Part shown: positions 39,926-50,110 of the stretch, piece after piece
Numbering within the stretch: position 1 is the first letter of the stretch
Layout of the letters: each line of letters begins with the position of its first letter
NCBI GenBank assembly: GCA_965203445.1
Contig: OZ241883.1
Coordinates: forward strand, 1,760,001-1,824,000
Direction: 5' to 3'
DNA: 64,000 bases
Source of the DNA: Candidatus Oxydemutator sp.
GTDB lineage: Bacteria; Pseudomonadota; Gammaproteobacteria; Poriferisulfidales; Oxydemutatoraceae
The notes under the pieces: model-generated
Seen by the model: the letters and a program-made list of their open reading frames with translations, nothing else
Databases searched by the model: none
Told to the model about the DNA's origin: nothing
Program-made: the position numbers and the translations under genes

Positions 39926-40876
39926 CTACAGGTTGCGCCAGCGCCAGCTCGCTATTCGTTCGCGCACCGCCCTCAGCATTCGCGCAGGCAGCGCGGGCGC
40001 GGGCAGCGGAACGCGCCGGTGGCGCATGCTCTTCGCCTCCGAGAAAATCTTTCTGAAACGCTCCAGTATTTTCTCTTCCGTCAGATAATCCAGGTCGCGG
40101 TTGTGGTGCAGCCAGGGTTCGGAAAGGTAGGACTTGTAGAGTGCGTCGTCGCCGTCTATTTCGATGACTTTTTCGATCGCTTCGCCGAAGTCGCGGTAGT
40201 CGTGGCAGTTGATGAAGGACTTCGGGTTGAAGTCGCGGGCCACGTCGGGAGCGCCCCAGTATATCGGGATGGCGCCCGCGATCATCGCGTTGGTGATTTT
40301 TTCGGTGACGTAGCCGGGATGGGAGGAGTTCTCGAAGACGATGGCGAACTTGTAGCGGCGCATAAAATCCAGCGTCTGGTCGCGCGCCACCAGGCGGCCG
40401 ATATTATTGAGAAACGCGCCTCCGGAATCCACCATCTTGTACGCCAGCAGCCGGCGCAGGAAAGCCGCTCTTTCGTCCGTCGGCCGCGAGTACAGAAAGC
40501 AGCAGAATTTGCTTTTCCGCGCGATGATTTCGGCGACGTTCTTTGGTTTCTTGAGATCCGGGTAGTTGTGGTAGAGGCGGTACAGCGGCAGGCGGTAATT
40601 CCTGTCGGTGATCGGAAGGTCGCAACCGAAGGCGTAGTCGCACTCGAAGAAATTCGGGCTGCTGTCGGCGCCGAGAAAGATGTTTTCGCCGGTATAGTAG
40701 ATGCGGATGCATTCATAGCGCCTGTATTTCCTGCCGAACGTGGAGTACAGCAGAAAATCCGGGTCGTCGGATATTTCCAGCCGGTATTCTTTCGACAGCA
40801 ACCGGTAGAACCAGTTGTCCTCCAGCGCCCCGGGCCAGAAATCGGTGAAGGCGATTTTTATTTTGCGCGCTTCCAT
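39926..40876 (-). CDS. Glycosyltransferase family 10 (alpha-1,3/4-fucosyltransferase-like)
   Basis: KIAFTDFW, PDFLLYSTFG, YYTGEN, RLPLY, YKMVDSGG and the GT10 motif YKFAIVFENSSHPGYVTEKI...IPIYWG...FNPKSFIN. Confidence 0.9.
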   Translation of the reverse strand: MEARKIKIAFTDFWPGALEDNWFYRLLSKEYRLEISDDPDFLLYSTFGRKYRRYECIRIYYTGENIFLGADSSPNFFECDYAFGCDLPITDRNYRLPLYRLYHNYPDLKKPKNVAEIIARKSKFCCFLYSRPTDERAAFLRRLLAYKMVDSGGAFLNNIGRLVARDQTLDFMRRYKFAIVFENSSHPGYVTEKITNAMIAGAIPIYWGAPDVARDFNPKSFINCHDYRDFGEAIEKVIEIDGDDALYKSYLSEPWLHHNRDLDYLTEEKILERFRKIFSEAKSMRHRRVPLPAPALPARMLRAVRERIASWRWRNL

Positions 40877-40904
40877 CGGCGATTTCGTCCGGCCTCCGCG
40901 TCCG

Positions 40905-41060
40905 TCACAACACCTTGGCGACCGCGAGCAGCAGCACCACGGCCAAAATGGCGGAAACGATGATCAGCGCCGTCGCAAGCCAGCGCACGCGATCCTTCAG
41001 CGCGTAGCCGGCCAGGGCCAACAGCAGGATCGCGGCGAACAGCAGCGTCAGCGCCCTCAC
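40905..41060 (-). CDS. Small (51 aa) two-TM membrane protein
   Basis: The GTG start overlaps the ygfZ TGA (GTGA). Two hydrophobic helices are separated by KDRVR. Confidence 0.6.
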   Translation of the reverse strand: MRALTLLFAAILLLALAGYALKDRVRWLATALIIVSAILAVVLLLAVAKVL

Positions 41061-42037
41061 GATACCGCCTCCGGGTTGTGACTGTGTTCGCCGACTTCGT
41101 AGGGTTGCGGCGCGATGGTCAACGGCGGGCCGTCCGGCGCGCCGGCATGCAATGGATCGCCTGTGGCGGCGATTCTCAGCACCGCGAGGCCGGGGGAGAC
41201 GCCGCCCGGCACCGCGCAGAAGTTCACGATCCGGCCGCAAGGTTCGGTTTGTTTCTCGCTGAAGACCGCATCGCCCGGATCGAGTTCGCGCGCCTCGCTT
41301 GCAAACAGATACATCCGACGCTTCAGTTTGCCGAGGTAGTGGGTGCGGGCGACGATCTCCTGTCCCGGATAACAGCCCTTGCTGAAACTGACGCCCCCCA
41401 ACAGGTCCACGTTCGCCATCTGCGGCACAAACTGCTCGCTGGTCGCGTCACAGACGTGCGGGACGCCCGAGCGAACGTCGCAAAGGCGCCAATAATCGCG
41501 GTTCGTCGCCCGGTATCCTCGCGCGGTCGCGTCCCGCCACAGCCGGATCAGGGTTTCGTCGGGCGCGAACACCACAAACCGCCCGCCGCCCGTGGCTGGC
41601 ACGCGGGCCGCGGCGCTCGCGAAGACGTCGTCGCCCGACGCATCCACCCCGACGACGCCGAAGGCCGGAAGCCGCTCGCTTGCGTCTTCGAGCTCGACCT
41701 TGGCCCGCAGCACGAACATCGAAAGGCGCTTCATGACCGGTGCTACGCGCTCGCGCGGCATCTGTAGATACCAGGCGCCACTTTTGCGAAAGGCTGAGAA
41801 GAGGCAGTACATGCGCCCCTTCGGGTTGCACAGCGCCGCCAGTCTGCTTTCATTTTCCGCCATCGCGCGCAGGTCGTTGCTGGCCTGGTTGTGCAGGAAG
41901 TCCTCGGCGTCTTCGCCGCCGACCTTCAGCAGGCCCAGGTGATCGAGTGGGCAGACGACGGGCGCGTCGCCCGCCGCGTCTTCGGCGCCGCCGATTTTGG
42001 GCAGCGTCTCGTCGCCGATGAACTCAGCCCAGCGCAT
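41057..42037 (-). CDS. ygfZ: Folate-binding Fe-S repair/tRNA-modification protein YgfZ
   Basis: [17 protein letters not shown] and the signature [14 protein letters not shown]. Confidence 0.93.
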   Translation of the reverse strand: MRWAEFIGDETLPKIGGAEDAAGDAPVVCPLDHLGLLKVGGEDAEDFLHNQASNDLRAMAENESRLAALCNPKGRMYCLFSAFRKSGAWYLQMPRERVAPVMKRLSMFVLRAKVELEDASERLPAFGVVGVDASGDDVFASAAARVPATGGGRFVVFAPDETLIRLWRDATARGYRATNRDYWRLCDVRSGVPHVCDATSEQFVPQMANVDLLGGVSFSKGCYPGQEIVARTHYLGKLKRRMYLFASEARELDPGDAVFSEKQTEPCGRIVNFCAVPGGVSPGLAVLRIAATGDPLHAGAPDGPPLTIAPQPYEVGEHSHNPEAVS

Positions 42038-44792
42038 CGAACGTCGCCAGTTGCTTGTGGTATTTGTCGAGTTGCCCTTGCAGGGCCTCGGCCTGCACGT
42101 GCTGTTTTCTTACGACCTCGGGCGGCGCCTTGTCGAGGAAGTTGCGGTCGGCCAGCCGCGTGCGCGCGTGTTGCAGGGTTTGTTCGACCTTCGTAATCTC
42201 TTTTCGCAGGCGCACGGTTTCCGCCTCGACGTTGACCAGACCTTCGATGGGAATCAGTATTTTGGCCTCGCCGGCGAGCGCGATTGCGGCCGGCGGAGTT
42301 CCGGCGTCGGGCGCCAGCCACGCGACGGACTCGATCTTTGCAAGCGCCGCGATCCAGTCGCCGCAATCGTCGAACAACGCGCGGTCTTGCCCGTCCCAGT
42401 TTTGCAGCAGCACCGGCACGCCGATGCGCGGCGCGACGTTCATCTCCGAGCGCAGTTGGCGGATCGCGGTAACAAACGTTTGCAGGCGCGCCATCCGCCG
42501 TTCGGCTTCGGCGTCGCGCGCGACTTCTTCGGGGCGCGGGTAGGGGCGATTTTGGATGCCGTCTTCGGCGAGGCTCGCGAGCGGCTTGATCTGGCCCCAG
42601 ATCTCCTCGGTGATGAACGGGATGATCGGGTGCAGCATGCGCAGGCCGGTTTCGAGCGTCTCGATGACGCAGCGCAGATTGGCGCGGCGGTTTTCCTCCT
42701 CGTCCCGGTTGTCGGTCTGGATGATTTTCGTGATCTCCAAGTACCAATCGCAGAAGTCGTGCCAGATAAACTGGTGCATCACGGCGGCGATCAGGTCGAA
42801 ACGATATTCCGCGAACCGCTGCGCGGTTTCGGCGAGCGTCGCGTGCAGGCGCGAGCGAATCCAGCGGTCGGCCAGCGTGCCGTGATCGTCCCGCTCCGAG
42901 GCCGGGTGCGCCGGCCGCGGGCCGAGCATCAATACAAAACGCGCCGCGTTCCACAGTTTGTTGCAGAAGTTGCGGTAGCCCTCGATCCGGTGCACGTCGA
43001 ACTTGACGTCGCGCCCGGTCGAGGCCAGCGCGGCGAACGTGAAACGCAGCGCGTCGGCGCCGTAGGCCTGGATGCCGTCGGGAAAGTCGCGGCGCGTCTG
43101 GCGCTCGATGTCCTTCGCCATGTCGGGCTGCATCAGGTCGGCGCCGCGCTTGGCGACGAGCGCCTCGACGCCGATGCCGTCTATCAGATCTATCGGATCG
43201 AGGACGTTGCCTTTCGATTTCGACATTTTGCGTCCGTCGGCGTCGCGCACCAGGCCGTGCACGTAGACCTCGCAAAACGGCACCTCGCCGGTGAACTTCA
43301 AACCCGCCATGATCATCCGCGCGATCCAGAAGAAGAGGATGTCGAAGCCGGTCACGAGCACGCTGGTCGGATAGAAGGTGCGCATCTCGGCGGTGCGTTC
43401 CGGCCAGCCCAACGTCGAGAACGGCCACAGCGCCGACGAGAACCACGTGTCGAGCACGTCTGTATCGCGCGTAAGCGCGACGTCGTCGGCGAGCCGGTGG
43501 CGCTCGCGCGCGGCCCGTTCGGAGTCGGCGACGTACACGTTGCCGTCCCCGTCGTACCAGGCCGGGATGCGGTGTCCCCACCACAGTTGCCGGCTGATGC
43601 ACCAGTCCTGAACCTCGTTCATCCATTCAAACCAGGTCTTCTCCCAGCGTTTCGGCACGAAGCGGATGCGTCCGGCGCGCACCGCGTCGCGCGCCGGCGC
43701 CGCCAGCGGTTCGACGCGGACGAACCACTGGTCGGTCAGATACGGTTCGATTACCGCGCCGCTGCGGTCGCCGCGCGGCACCGCGTGCCGGTGCGCGTCC
43801 TCGCGCTCGAGCAGGCCCGCCGCGCGCAGATCTTCGAGCACGCGGCGGCGCGCCTCGAAGCGGTCGAGTCCGCGGTAGGCGGCGGGCGCGGCCTCGCCCA
43901 AGGTCGCGTCCTCGCGCAACAGGTTGATCATCGCAAGCTTGTGGCGCAGGCCGACCTCGTAGTCGTTGAAGTCGTGCGCCGGCGTGATCTTGACGCAGCC
44001 GGAACCGAACTCCGGGTCCACGTAATCGTCGGCAATCAGCGGGATCTCGCGCGCGCACAGCGGCAGCGACAACGCGCGTCCGACCATGCCGCGGTAGCGC
44101 TCGTCCTCGGGATGCACCGCGACCGCGGTGTCGCCCAGCATCGTCTCCGGGCGCGTCGTCGCGACGACGACGTGGCCGTGGCCGTCGGCGAACGGGTAGC
44201 GGACGTGCCACAGGTGTCCGTCCTCCTCTTCGGCCACGACCTCCAGATCGGAGACCGCGGTCTTCAGCACCGGATCCCAGTTGACCAGCCGCTTGCCGCG
44301 ATAGATCAGGCCCTCGTCGTAGAGCGTAACGAACGCCCGGCGCACCGCGCGCGACATGTCCTCGTCCATCGTGAAGCGCTCGCGGCTCCAGTCCAGCGAC
44401 GCGCCGAGACGCCGCAACTGGCGCGTGATCGTGCCCCCGGAGCGACGCTTCCATTCCCAGACTTTGGCGACGAAGGCGTCGCGCCCCAGTTCGATCCGCG
44501 ATAGATTTTCGGCCTCGAGGCGTCTTTCGACGACCATCTGCGTGGCGATGCCGGCGTGGTCGGTGCCGACCTGCCACAGCACGTTGTCGCCCGACATGCG
44601 CCGGTGGCGGATCAGGCAGTCCATCAGCGTAATCTGAAAGGCGTGCCCCATGTGCAGCGTGCCGGTCACGTTCGGCGGCGGTATCATGATGCAGTAAGGC
44701 TTGCCACGACCGCTCGGGGCGAACAGACCGCGCGTCTCCCACTCCTCGTACCAGCGCTGTTCTATCTCCGCCGGGGAATACCTCTTTTCCAC
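42024..44792 (-). CDS. valS: Valine--tRNA ligase
   Basis: [30 protein letters not shown] and a C-terminal coiled coil. Confidence 0.98.
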   Translation of the reverse strand: MEKRYSPAEIEQRWYEEWETRGLFAPSGRGKPYCIMIPPPNVTGTLHMGHAFQITLMDCLIRHRRMSGDNVLWQVGTDHAGIATQMVVERRLEAENLSRIELGRDAFVAKVWEWKRRSGGTITRQLRRLGASLDWSRERFTMDEDMSRAVRRAFVTLYDEGLIYRGKRLVNWDPVLKTAVSDLEVVAEEEDGHLWHVRYPFADGHGHVVVATTRPETMLGDTAVAVHPEDERYRGMVGRALSLPLCAREIPLIADDYVDPEFGSGCVKITPAHDFNDYEVGLRHKLAMINLLREDATLGEAAPAAYRGLDRFEARRRVLEDLRAAGLLEREDAHRHAVPRGDRSGAVIEPYLTDQWFVRVEPLAAPARDAVRAGRIRFVPKRWEKTWFEWMNEVQDWCISRQLWWGHRIPAWYDGDGNVYVADSERAARERHRLADDVALTRDTDVLDTWFSSALWPFSTLGWPERTAEMRTFYPTSVLVTGFDILFFWIARMIMAGLKFTGEVPFCEVYVHGLVRDADGRKMSKSKGNVLDPIDLIDGIGVEALVAKRGADLMQPDMAKDIERQTRRDFPDGIQAYGADALRFTFAALASTGRDVKFDVHRIEGYRNFCNKLWNAARFVLMLGPRPAHPASERDDHGTLADRWIRSRLHATLAETAQRFAEYRFDLIAAVMHQFIWHDFCDWYLEITKIIQTDNRDEEENRRANLRCVIETLETGLRMLHPIIPFITEEIWGQIKPLASLAEDGIQNRPYPRPEEVARDAEAERRMARLQTFVTAIRQLRSEMNVAPRIGVPVLLQNWDGQDRALFDDCGDWIAALAKIESVAWLAPDAGTPPAAIALAGEAKILIPIEGLVNVEAETVRLRKEITKVEQTLQHARTRLADRNFLDKAPPEVVRKQHVQAEALQGQLDKYHKQLATFDALG

Positions 44793-44879
44793 GATTTTAG
44801 AATATTTTAGACGCTTTTATAGTATTTTTCGCAGACAAAGCCGAGGCACAGCACCGCGGCGCCGTGCCAGCCTGTAAGC

Positions 44880-44915
44880 GACCCGCAAGTTACCCCGCAA
44901 GTTACCCCGCAAGTT
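44880..44915. repeat. 12-bp tandem repeat x3 spanning the pepA stop codon
   Basis: gacccgcaagtt accccgcaagtt accccgcaagtt. Confidence 0.85.
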
Positions 44916-46401
44916 GTGTCGCGCGCTCTCGTTTCAGCAAAAACTCGGTCAACAACGGTACCGGCCTGCCGGTCGAGCCTTTGCTCTTGCCGGTGTACCA
45001 GGCGACGCCGGCGACGTCCAGGTGCGCCCACCGTTGCCCTTTTGCGAAGCGCGACAGAAAGCACGCGGCCGTGATCGTGCCGGCCCAGCGCCCGCCGATG
45101 TTGGCCATATCGGCGAAGTTGCTGTCGAGTTGCGCCTGGTATTCGTCCCACATCGGCAGTTGCCACGTGCGGTCGCCGCTGGTCTCGCCGGCTTCGACCA
45201 GCTCGTCGGCGAGCGCCTGATCGTTCGCCATCAGGCCGCTCGCCTCGTTGCCGAGCGCGACGACGCAGGCGCCGGTCAGGGTCGCCGTGTCCACGATGCA
45301 CTCCGGCTTGTAGCGCTGCCCGACGTAGGTCAGCGCGTCGCACAACACCAGGCGCCCTTCGGCGTCGGTGTTCAAAATCTCGACCGTCTGTTTCGACATC
45401 GTCTTGACCACGTCGCCGGGTCTGCACGCCTGGCCGCCGGGCATGTTCTCGGCGCACGCGAGCACGCCGACGACGTTCAGTTTCAGGCGCAGTCGCGCAC
45501 AGGCCACGAGCGTGCCGAGCACGGCCGCGGCGCCGCTCATGTCGAACTTCATCTCGTCCATCGCCGGGCTGGGCTTTATCGAAATGCCGCCGGTGTCGAA
45601 CGTGATGCCCTTGCCGACGAGCGCGATCGGGCGCCGCCGCGCGTCGCCGCGATACTCGATGCAGATCATCTTCGACGGATGGCGGCTGCCGTGGCCGACC
45701 GCGAGGAACGCGCCCATGCCGAGGCGCTCCATGCTGCTTTCGCCGACCACGCGCACCCTGAGTCGGGTGGAGGCGCTCGCCGCTTCGCGCGCGCGCAGGG
45801 ACATGTAGCCCGGCGTGCATTTGTTGGGCGGCAGGTCGGCCAATTCGCGCGCGAGGTCGACGCCGCGCGCGATGGCCGCGGCGTCTTCGATCGCGGCATG
45901 CGCACGTTTGGCGTCGCCGACGTGGAACGTGCACTTTTCGATGCCCGGTGCGGCGCTCTTTTTCCTGCCCTTGATGGCGCCGCGCGTCGCGTGGTAGCGG
46001 TAGCAGGCGTGGTGCAGCGCGTCCGCCAGCTGGCGCGTGCTCCAGTAGTCGTCCTTGAGCGCGACGTCGGTGAAGCAATAGACTACGGACGCCGGCTTCA
46101 GCGCGACCGCGGCGCGCGCCACGGTGCGCGCGACGCGGTGGAAGCGCTGCTCGCGCCATTCGCCGTGTTTGCCGAGGCCGACGAGGATGATCGTCTTGCG
46201 GCGCGGGTGGCGCGTGTGCAGCACTATGGTCTTGTTGAAGTCCGCGCTGAACCCGGCATTGTGCGCGGCCTTGGCCAGAAAGCCGCCGGTGGCCTCGTCT
46301 ATGGCGTCGAACGCGCGCGAACGGCGCCGTGTGAACAGGGGTATAATGCTGCACGCGGCCGACAGTTTCCCCGGATCTGTTGTAGTGGCTGTAATCTCCA
46401 T
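44902..46401 (-). CDS. pepA: Leucyl aminopeptidase PepA
   Basis: GKGITFDTGG, MKFDMSG, NTDAEGRL and WAHLDVAG. Confidence 0.97.
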   Translation of the reverse strand: MEITATTTDPGKLSAACSIIPLFTRRRSRAFDAIDEATGGFLAKAAHNAGFSADFNKTIVLHTRHPRRKTIILVGLGKHGEWREQRFHRVARTVARAAVALKPASVVYCFTDVALKDDYWSTRQLADALHHACYRYHATRGAIKGRKKSAAPGIEKCTFHVGDAKRAHAAIEDAAAIARGVDLARELADLPPNKCTPGYMSLRAREAASASTRLRVRVVGESSMERLGMGAFLAVGHGSRHPSKMICIEYRGDARRRPIALVGKGITFDTGGISIKPSPAMDEMKFDMSGAAAVLGTLVACARLRLKLNVVGVLACAENMPGGQACRPGDVVKTMSKQTVEILNTDAEGRLVLCDALTYVGQRYKPECIVDTATLTGACVVALGNEASGLMANDQALADELVEAGETSGDRTWQLPMWDEYQAQLDSNFADMANIGGRWAGTITAACFLSRFAKGQRWAHLDVAGVAWYTGKSKGSTGRPVPLLTEFLLKRERATQLAG

Positions 46402-46494
46402 AGTTCAGGTTTCCTGCGTTGGGTTGGAAAGGTTCAAAAGCAAAGACTATTCTACCCCGATATGTCCCGAAAGGGGGCGAAGGGCCGCGCCGCC

Positions 46495-47580
46495 ATGACG
46501 ATTTTTGAGCGCTATTTTTTCCGCGACCTGGTGGCGAACCTGGTCGCGGTTACTTCGGTGTTGACGCTGATCACGGCCGGACGATTGCTGATTACGCTGT
46601 TCGACAAGGTCGCCGCGGGCAGCTATCCGGCGGACGTCGTGCTGCCGCTGTTGGGGTTGGGCTGCCTCGATTGGATCGTGCAGATGCTGCCGTTCGGAGC
46701 GATGATCGCGGCGTTGCTGGTGCTCGGACGCTACTACCGCGACAATGAGATCTACGCCGCGTTCTCGATACGCGTAAGCCACTGGCGCATCCTTGCGACG
46801 TTGATGCGCGTCGGCGTGCCGCTCGCGCTGTTGCTGCTCTACCTCCTGATGAACGTACTGCCGCAGGCGCGCCAGCAGTTCGAGTTCATCAAGGAGTCCG
46901 GCAAGCAGCGCATGGACGTGGGCGCGGTCGAGAGTGGGCGTTTTATCGAGACCGACGACGGTGTGCTGTTCGTTGCCCGGCGCGCCGAAGATTCGGTCGC
47001 GGGCGTGTTCGTCGCGGTGCGCCGCGACGGCCATTGGACGATAGAGACCGCGGCCACCGGCGCGCAGCGCGAGTCCGCCGACGGGCGTCGCTGGCTCGAG
47101 TTGCAGGACGGGCGTTTTTACGAGGGCGCGCCCGGGCGCGGCGAGTTTGTGGTGTCGTCGTACCGCAAGCATTCGGTGTTGCTGCCTCGGCGCGTCACCG
47201 AGTGGGACGCCGACGATCCAGACATGCTCGGTTTTGCGGCGCTGTGGGCGTCGCCGTTGCCCGAGCACCGGGCCGAGTTGCAATGGCGTTTGTCGGTGCC
47301 GCTTTCGCTGCTGCTGTTGCTGCTGCTGGCCGAACCGCTGAGCCGCGTCGCGCCGCGCCGCGGTCATCTGCAACTGGCCGCGGCCATCGTCCTGTTTCTG
47401 ATCTATGCGAACGTGTTGACGCTGCTGACCGGCATGATTGCGGCCGGGCGCGCGCCGCCGCTGCCCGGCGTGTGGCCGGCGCACTTGGCGGTGTTGGCGC
47501 TCGCGCTGCTGCTTTGGCGGCGCCGGCGTCCGTGGTTCGCGCGCGCGTCGCGCCCGTCACCGGGCGGGAGCACGGCGTGA
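46495..47580 (+). CDS. lptF: LPS export ABC permease LptF
   Basis: MTIFERYFFR start, LGRYYRDNEI, AELQWRLS and multiple TM segments. Divergent from pepA, as in other Proteobacteria. Confidence 0.88.
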   Translation: MTIFERYFFRDLVANLVAVTSVLTLITAGRLLITLFDKVAAGSYPADVVLPLLGLGCLDWIVQMLPFGAMIAALLVLGRYYRDNEIYAAFSIRVSHWRILATLMRVGVPLALLLLYLLMNVLPQARQQFEFIKESGKQRMDVGAVESGRFIETDDGVLFVARRAEDSVAGVFVAVRRDGHWTIETAATGAQRESADGRRWLELQDGRFYEGAPGRGEFVVSSYRKHSVLLPRRVTEWDADDPDMLGFAALWASPLPEHRAELQWRLSVPLSLLLLLLLAEPLSRVAPRRGHLQLAAAIVLFLIYANVLTLLTGMIAAGRAPPLPGVWPAHLAVLALALLLWRRRRPWFARASRPSPGGSTA

Positions 47581-48650
47581 AGCTGGTGGATCTCTATCTG
47601 GGGCGCGCCCTGATAGCCGGCGCGGCGCTGGCGTTGCTCGCGCTGGTCGCGATAGACGGCGTGATCAAGTTGGTGGACGAGGTCGCCGACGTAGGCCACG
47701 GCTACACCTTGGGCGACGCGCTGTGTCACACCGGACTGACGTTGGTCGCAAGTATCTACGAGCTGCTGCCGGTGGCGGTGCTGATCGGCGGCGTCGTCAG
47801 TCTCGGCAATCTGGCGGCGCAATCGGAGTTGGTCGCGTTTCGCGCGCTGCGCTATTCGCGCGCGCGCATCACCGCGTCGGTGCTGATGACCGGCGCCGTG
47901 CTGATGGCGGCGACTTTTGCGCTGGGCGAGCTCGCGGTGCCGGCCGCGGCGGCCAAGGCGCACGCCATCAAGGATGGGCGCGCGTCGGATCGGATCGCGG
48001 GCGGCGACGGGTGGCTGCGCGACGGCGCGCATTTCATATACATGGAAGAGGCGCTTGGCGACGACTCGTTCGCCGGCGTTACGATGTATCAACTGAACGA
48101 CGAGTATCATCTTGCGCGCATCGTCGAGGCGCGACGCGCCGTCGCGCGCGGGCGCGAGTGGCGGCTCGCCGGCGCGACCGTGAGCGAACTGCACGACGGG
48201 CACGTCGAGATCGAGCGCCACGAACACTTTGTGCTGCCGCGCGCGCTGCCCGAGGGTGCCGGGGGCGTCGGCGCAGCGCCTGTGCGCCGCTCGGAGTTGT
48301 CGCGGATGAACGTTTTGCAACTGGCGGACTACATAGAGTTTTTGCGCGCGAGCGACCTGCCGAGCGGGGCCCAGGAACTGGCCTTGTGGACCCGTTTCAG
48401 CGCGGCCCTGGCGACGCTCGTGATGCTGCTGCTGGCGATGCCGTGGTTGTTCTTTTCGACGCGCAGCGCCGCCGCCGGCAAGCGCCTGTTCTTTGCGATA
48501 GTAGTCGGCCTGGTCTATATGATCGGCAGCCGCGTCATCGGTGACGCGGCCATCATCTATCGCCTCCCGCCCGTGTCAGGCGCGTTTCTGCCCATCCTGC
48601 TGTTCGCCGCGATCGGCGTCTGGTGGATCAGGCGCTCGCGCTTCGCCTGA
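47577..48650 (+). CDS. lptG: LPS export ABC permease LptG
   Basis: The GTG start overlaps the lptF TGA. Motifs KLVDLYLGR, LGNLAAQSELVA and WLRDG. Confidence 0.88.
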   Translation: MKLVDLYLGRALIAGAALALLALVAIDGVIKLVDEVADVGHGYTLGDALCHTGLTLVASIYELLPVAVLIGGVVSLGNLAAQSELVAFRALRYSRARITASVLMTGAVLMAATFALGELAVPAAAAKAHAIKDGRASDRIAGGDGWLRDGAHFIYMEEALGDDSFAGVTMYQLNDEYHLARIVEARRAVARGREWRLAGATVSELHDGHVEIERHEHFVLPRALPEGAGGVGAAPVRRSELSRMNVLQLADYIEFLRASDLPSGAQELALWTRFSAALATLVMLLLAMPWLFFSTRSAAAGKRLFFAIVVGLVYMIGSRVIGDAAIIYRLPPVSGAFLPILLFAAIGVWWIRRSRFA

Positions 48651-49094
48651 GGCGGCGGCCGCGACGCTGCTGGCGCGCCCGATTCTGACTATGCGGCTTC
48701 TCGACAGACGGTCGTGCCAGGTAAGCCGCCGGTCGTCGAAAATCGCCCAGAGGAAGCCGCCGGCCAGGGGCGCCCACGACAGTACCGCCGCCGCCGAACG
48801 CACCAGCGCCGTCCGCCAGCCGATGGCTTCGCCGTCGTCGCCGACGACGCATATACGCCATATCTTCATGCCGGGCGTCTGCCCGCCGTGCGTCCAGAAC
48901 CACGCGAAATAGAACACCGCCAGCGCGTAAACGTATGCGACGTGGAGCGGGTAGAGCGCGTGGCGCGGCGTGACGCCGGCGACCGCCCACGGCAGCGACG
49001 CCAGCAACAGCGCCGCTGTGACGAGTATCGTGTCGTACGCAATCGCCGCGAGGCGGCGCGCCAAGCCGGGGCCTCGCTCGTACTCCTGTGGCAT
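48576..49094 (-). CDS. RDD-family membrane protein
   Basis: RRLAAIAYD, GQTPGMKIWRI and TWHDRLS; convergent with lptG in the usual position. The start is approximate. Confidence 0.85.
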   Translation of the reverse strand: MPQEYERGPGLARRLAAIAYDTILVTAALLLASLPWAVAGVTPRHALYPLHVAYVYALAVFYFAWFWTHGGQTPGMKIWRICVVGDDGEAIGWRTALVRSAAAVLSWAPLAGGFLWAIFDDRRLTWHDRLSRSRIVRIGRASSVAAAASGEARAPDPPDADRGEQQDGQKRA

Positions 49095-49104
49095 AATTCC
49101 GCGC

Positions 49105-50070
49105 ATGAGCAAAGTGTCTTCGTCCGCACCGTCCGCGTTTTTGCCGGGTTCGCGCGTCGCCGCCGCGACGTTGTCGCAGCAGGACCGTAGTTTAATCGAG
49201 AGCTTTGTCCACGGCATGTTCTCGCAGCGCGGGTTGTCGCGCAACACGCTGGCGGCCTACCGCCGCGATGTGACCGCTTTTGGCGCGTGGCTGCACGCGC
49301 GCGGCGCGGGCCTGGCCGGCGTCGGCACGGGCGACGTCAGGGAGTATCTCGCGGCCCGGGTCGAGCGCGGCTACGCTGCCGGTTCCAACGCGCGTTGGCT
49401 GTCGTCGCTGCGCGGGTTCTGCGCGTGGATGGTGCGCGAGAAACACGTCGCCGCCAATCCGTGCGCGTGCATTGCGTCGCCGAAACTCGGTCGCAAGCTG
49501 CCTTCGGTGTTGCGCGAGGGCGAGGTCGAGCGGCTGCTCGAGGCGCCGGACGTCGCCACCGCGCAGGGGATGCGCGACAAGGCGATGCTCGAACTGCTCT
49601 ACGCCGGCGGCCTGCGCGTGTCCGAACTGGTCGGCCTTACGTTCTCGCAGTTGTTTTTGGACGAGGGCTACGTCCGGATCACCGGCAAGGGTCGCAAGGA
49701 GAGGCTGGTGCCGGTGGGCGAGCAGGCGTGCGAATGGCTGCAACGCTACTTCGCCGACGCGCGCCCGGCGCTGTTGGCGGGGCGGGGCGACTGCGAACAG
49801 GTGTTCCTCTCGAAGCGCGGGCGCGGCATGACGCGGCAGACCTTCTGGCACGCGCTGAAGGGGCTGGCGCGCAAGGCCGGTATCCGCAAACAGTTGTCGC
49901 CGCATACGCTTCGCCACGCCTTCGCAACCCACCTGCTCGACCACGGCGCCGATCTGCGCGTCGTGCAGATGTTGCTCGGCCACGGCGATCTTTCGACGAC
50001 GCAAATCTATACGCACGTGGCGAACCGGCGCTTGCAGGAGCTGCACCGCGCGCACCATCCGAGGGGCTGA
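49105..50070 (+). CDS. xerD: Tyrosine recombinase XerD
   Basis: GLSRNTLAAYRRD, LRVSELV, GKGRKERLVP, SPHTLRHAFATHLL, LGH and TTQIYTHV; followed by dsbC. The start is ATG 49105 or TTG 49171. Confidence 0.93.
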   Translation: MSKVSSSAPSAFLPGSRVAAATLSQQDRSLIESFVHGMFSQRGLSRNTLAAYRRDVTAFGAWLHARGAGLAGVGTGDVREYLAARVERGYAAGSNARWLSSLRGFCAWMVREKHVAANPCACIASPKLGRKLPSVLREGEVERLLEAPDVATAQGMRDKAMLELLYAGGLRVSELVGLTFSQLFLDEGYVRITGKGRKERLVPVGEQACEWLQRYFADARPALLAGRGDCEQVFLSKRGRGMTRQTFWHALKGLARKAGIRKQLSPHTLRHAFATHLLDHGADLRVVQMLLGHGDLSTTQIYTHVANRRLQELHRAHHPRG

Positions 50071-50080
50071 GGCCTCCGGG

Positions 50081-50110
50081 ATTGAAATGAGTTGAAATGA
50101 GTTGAAATCA
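50081..50110 (+). repeat. 10-bp tandem repeat x3 ending on the dsbC start codon
   Basis: attgaaatga gttgaaatga gttgaaatca(tg). Confidence 0.85.

Noticed and set aside
41926-46494. Long ORFs over valS/pepA, including the 888-aa ORF fused to lptF
   Set aside because: Antisense or alternate-frame shadows; LptF similarity starts at 46495.
49105-50070. Tyrosine recombinase as the integrase of the adjacent island
   Set aside because: Sequence and xerD-dsbC synteny identify it as housekeeping XerD.
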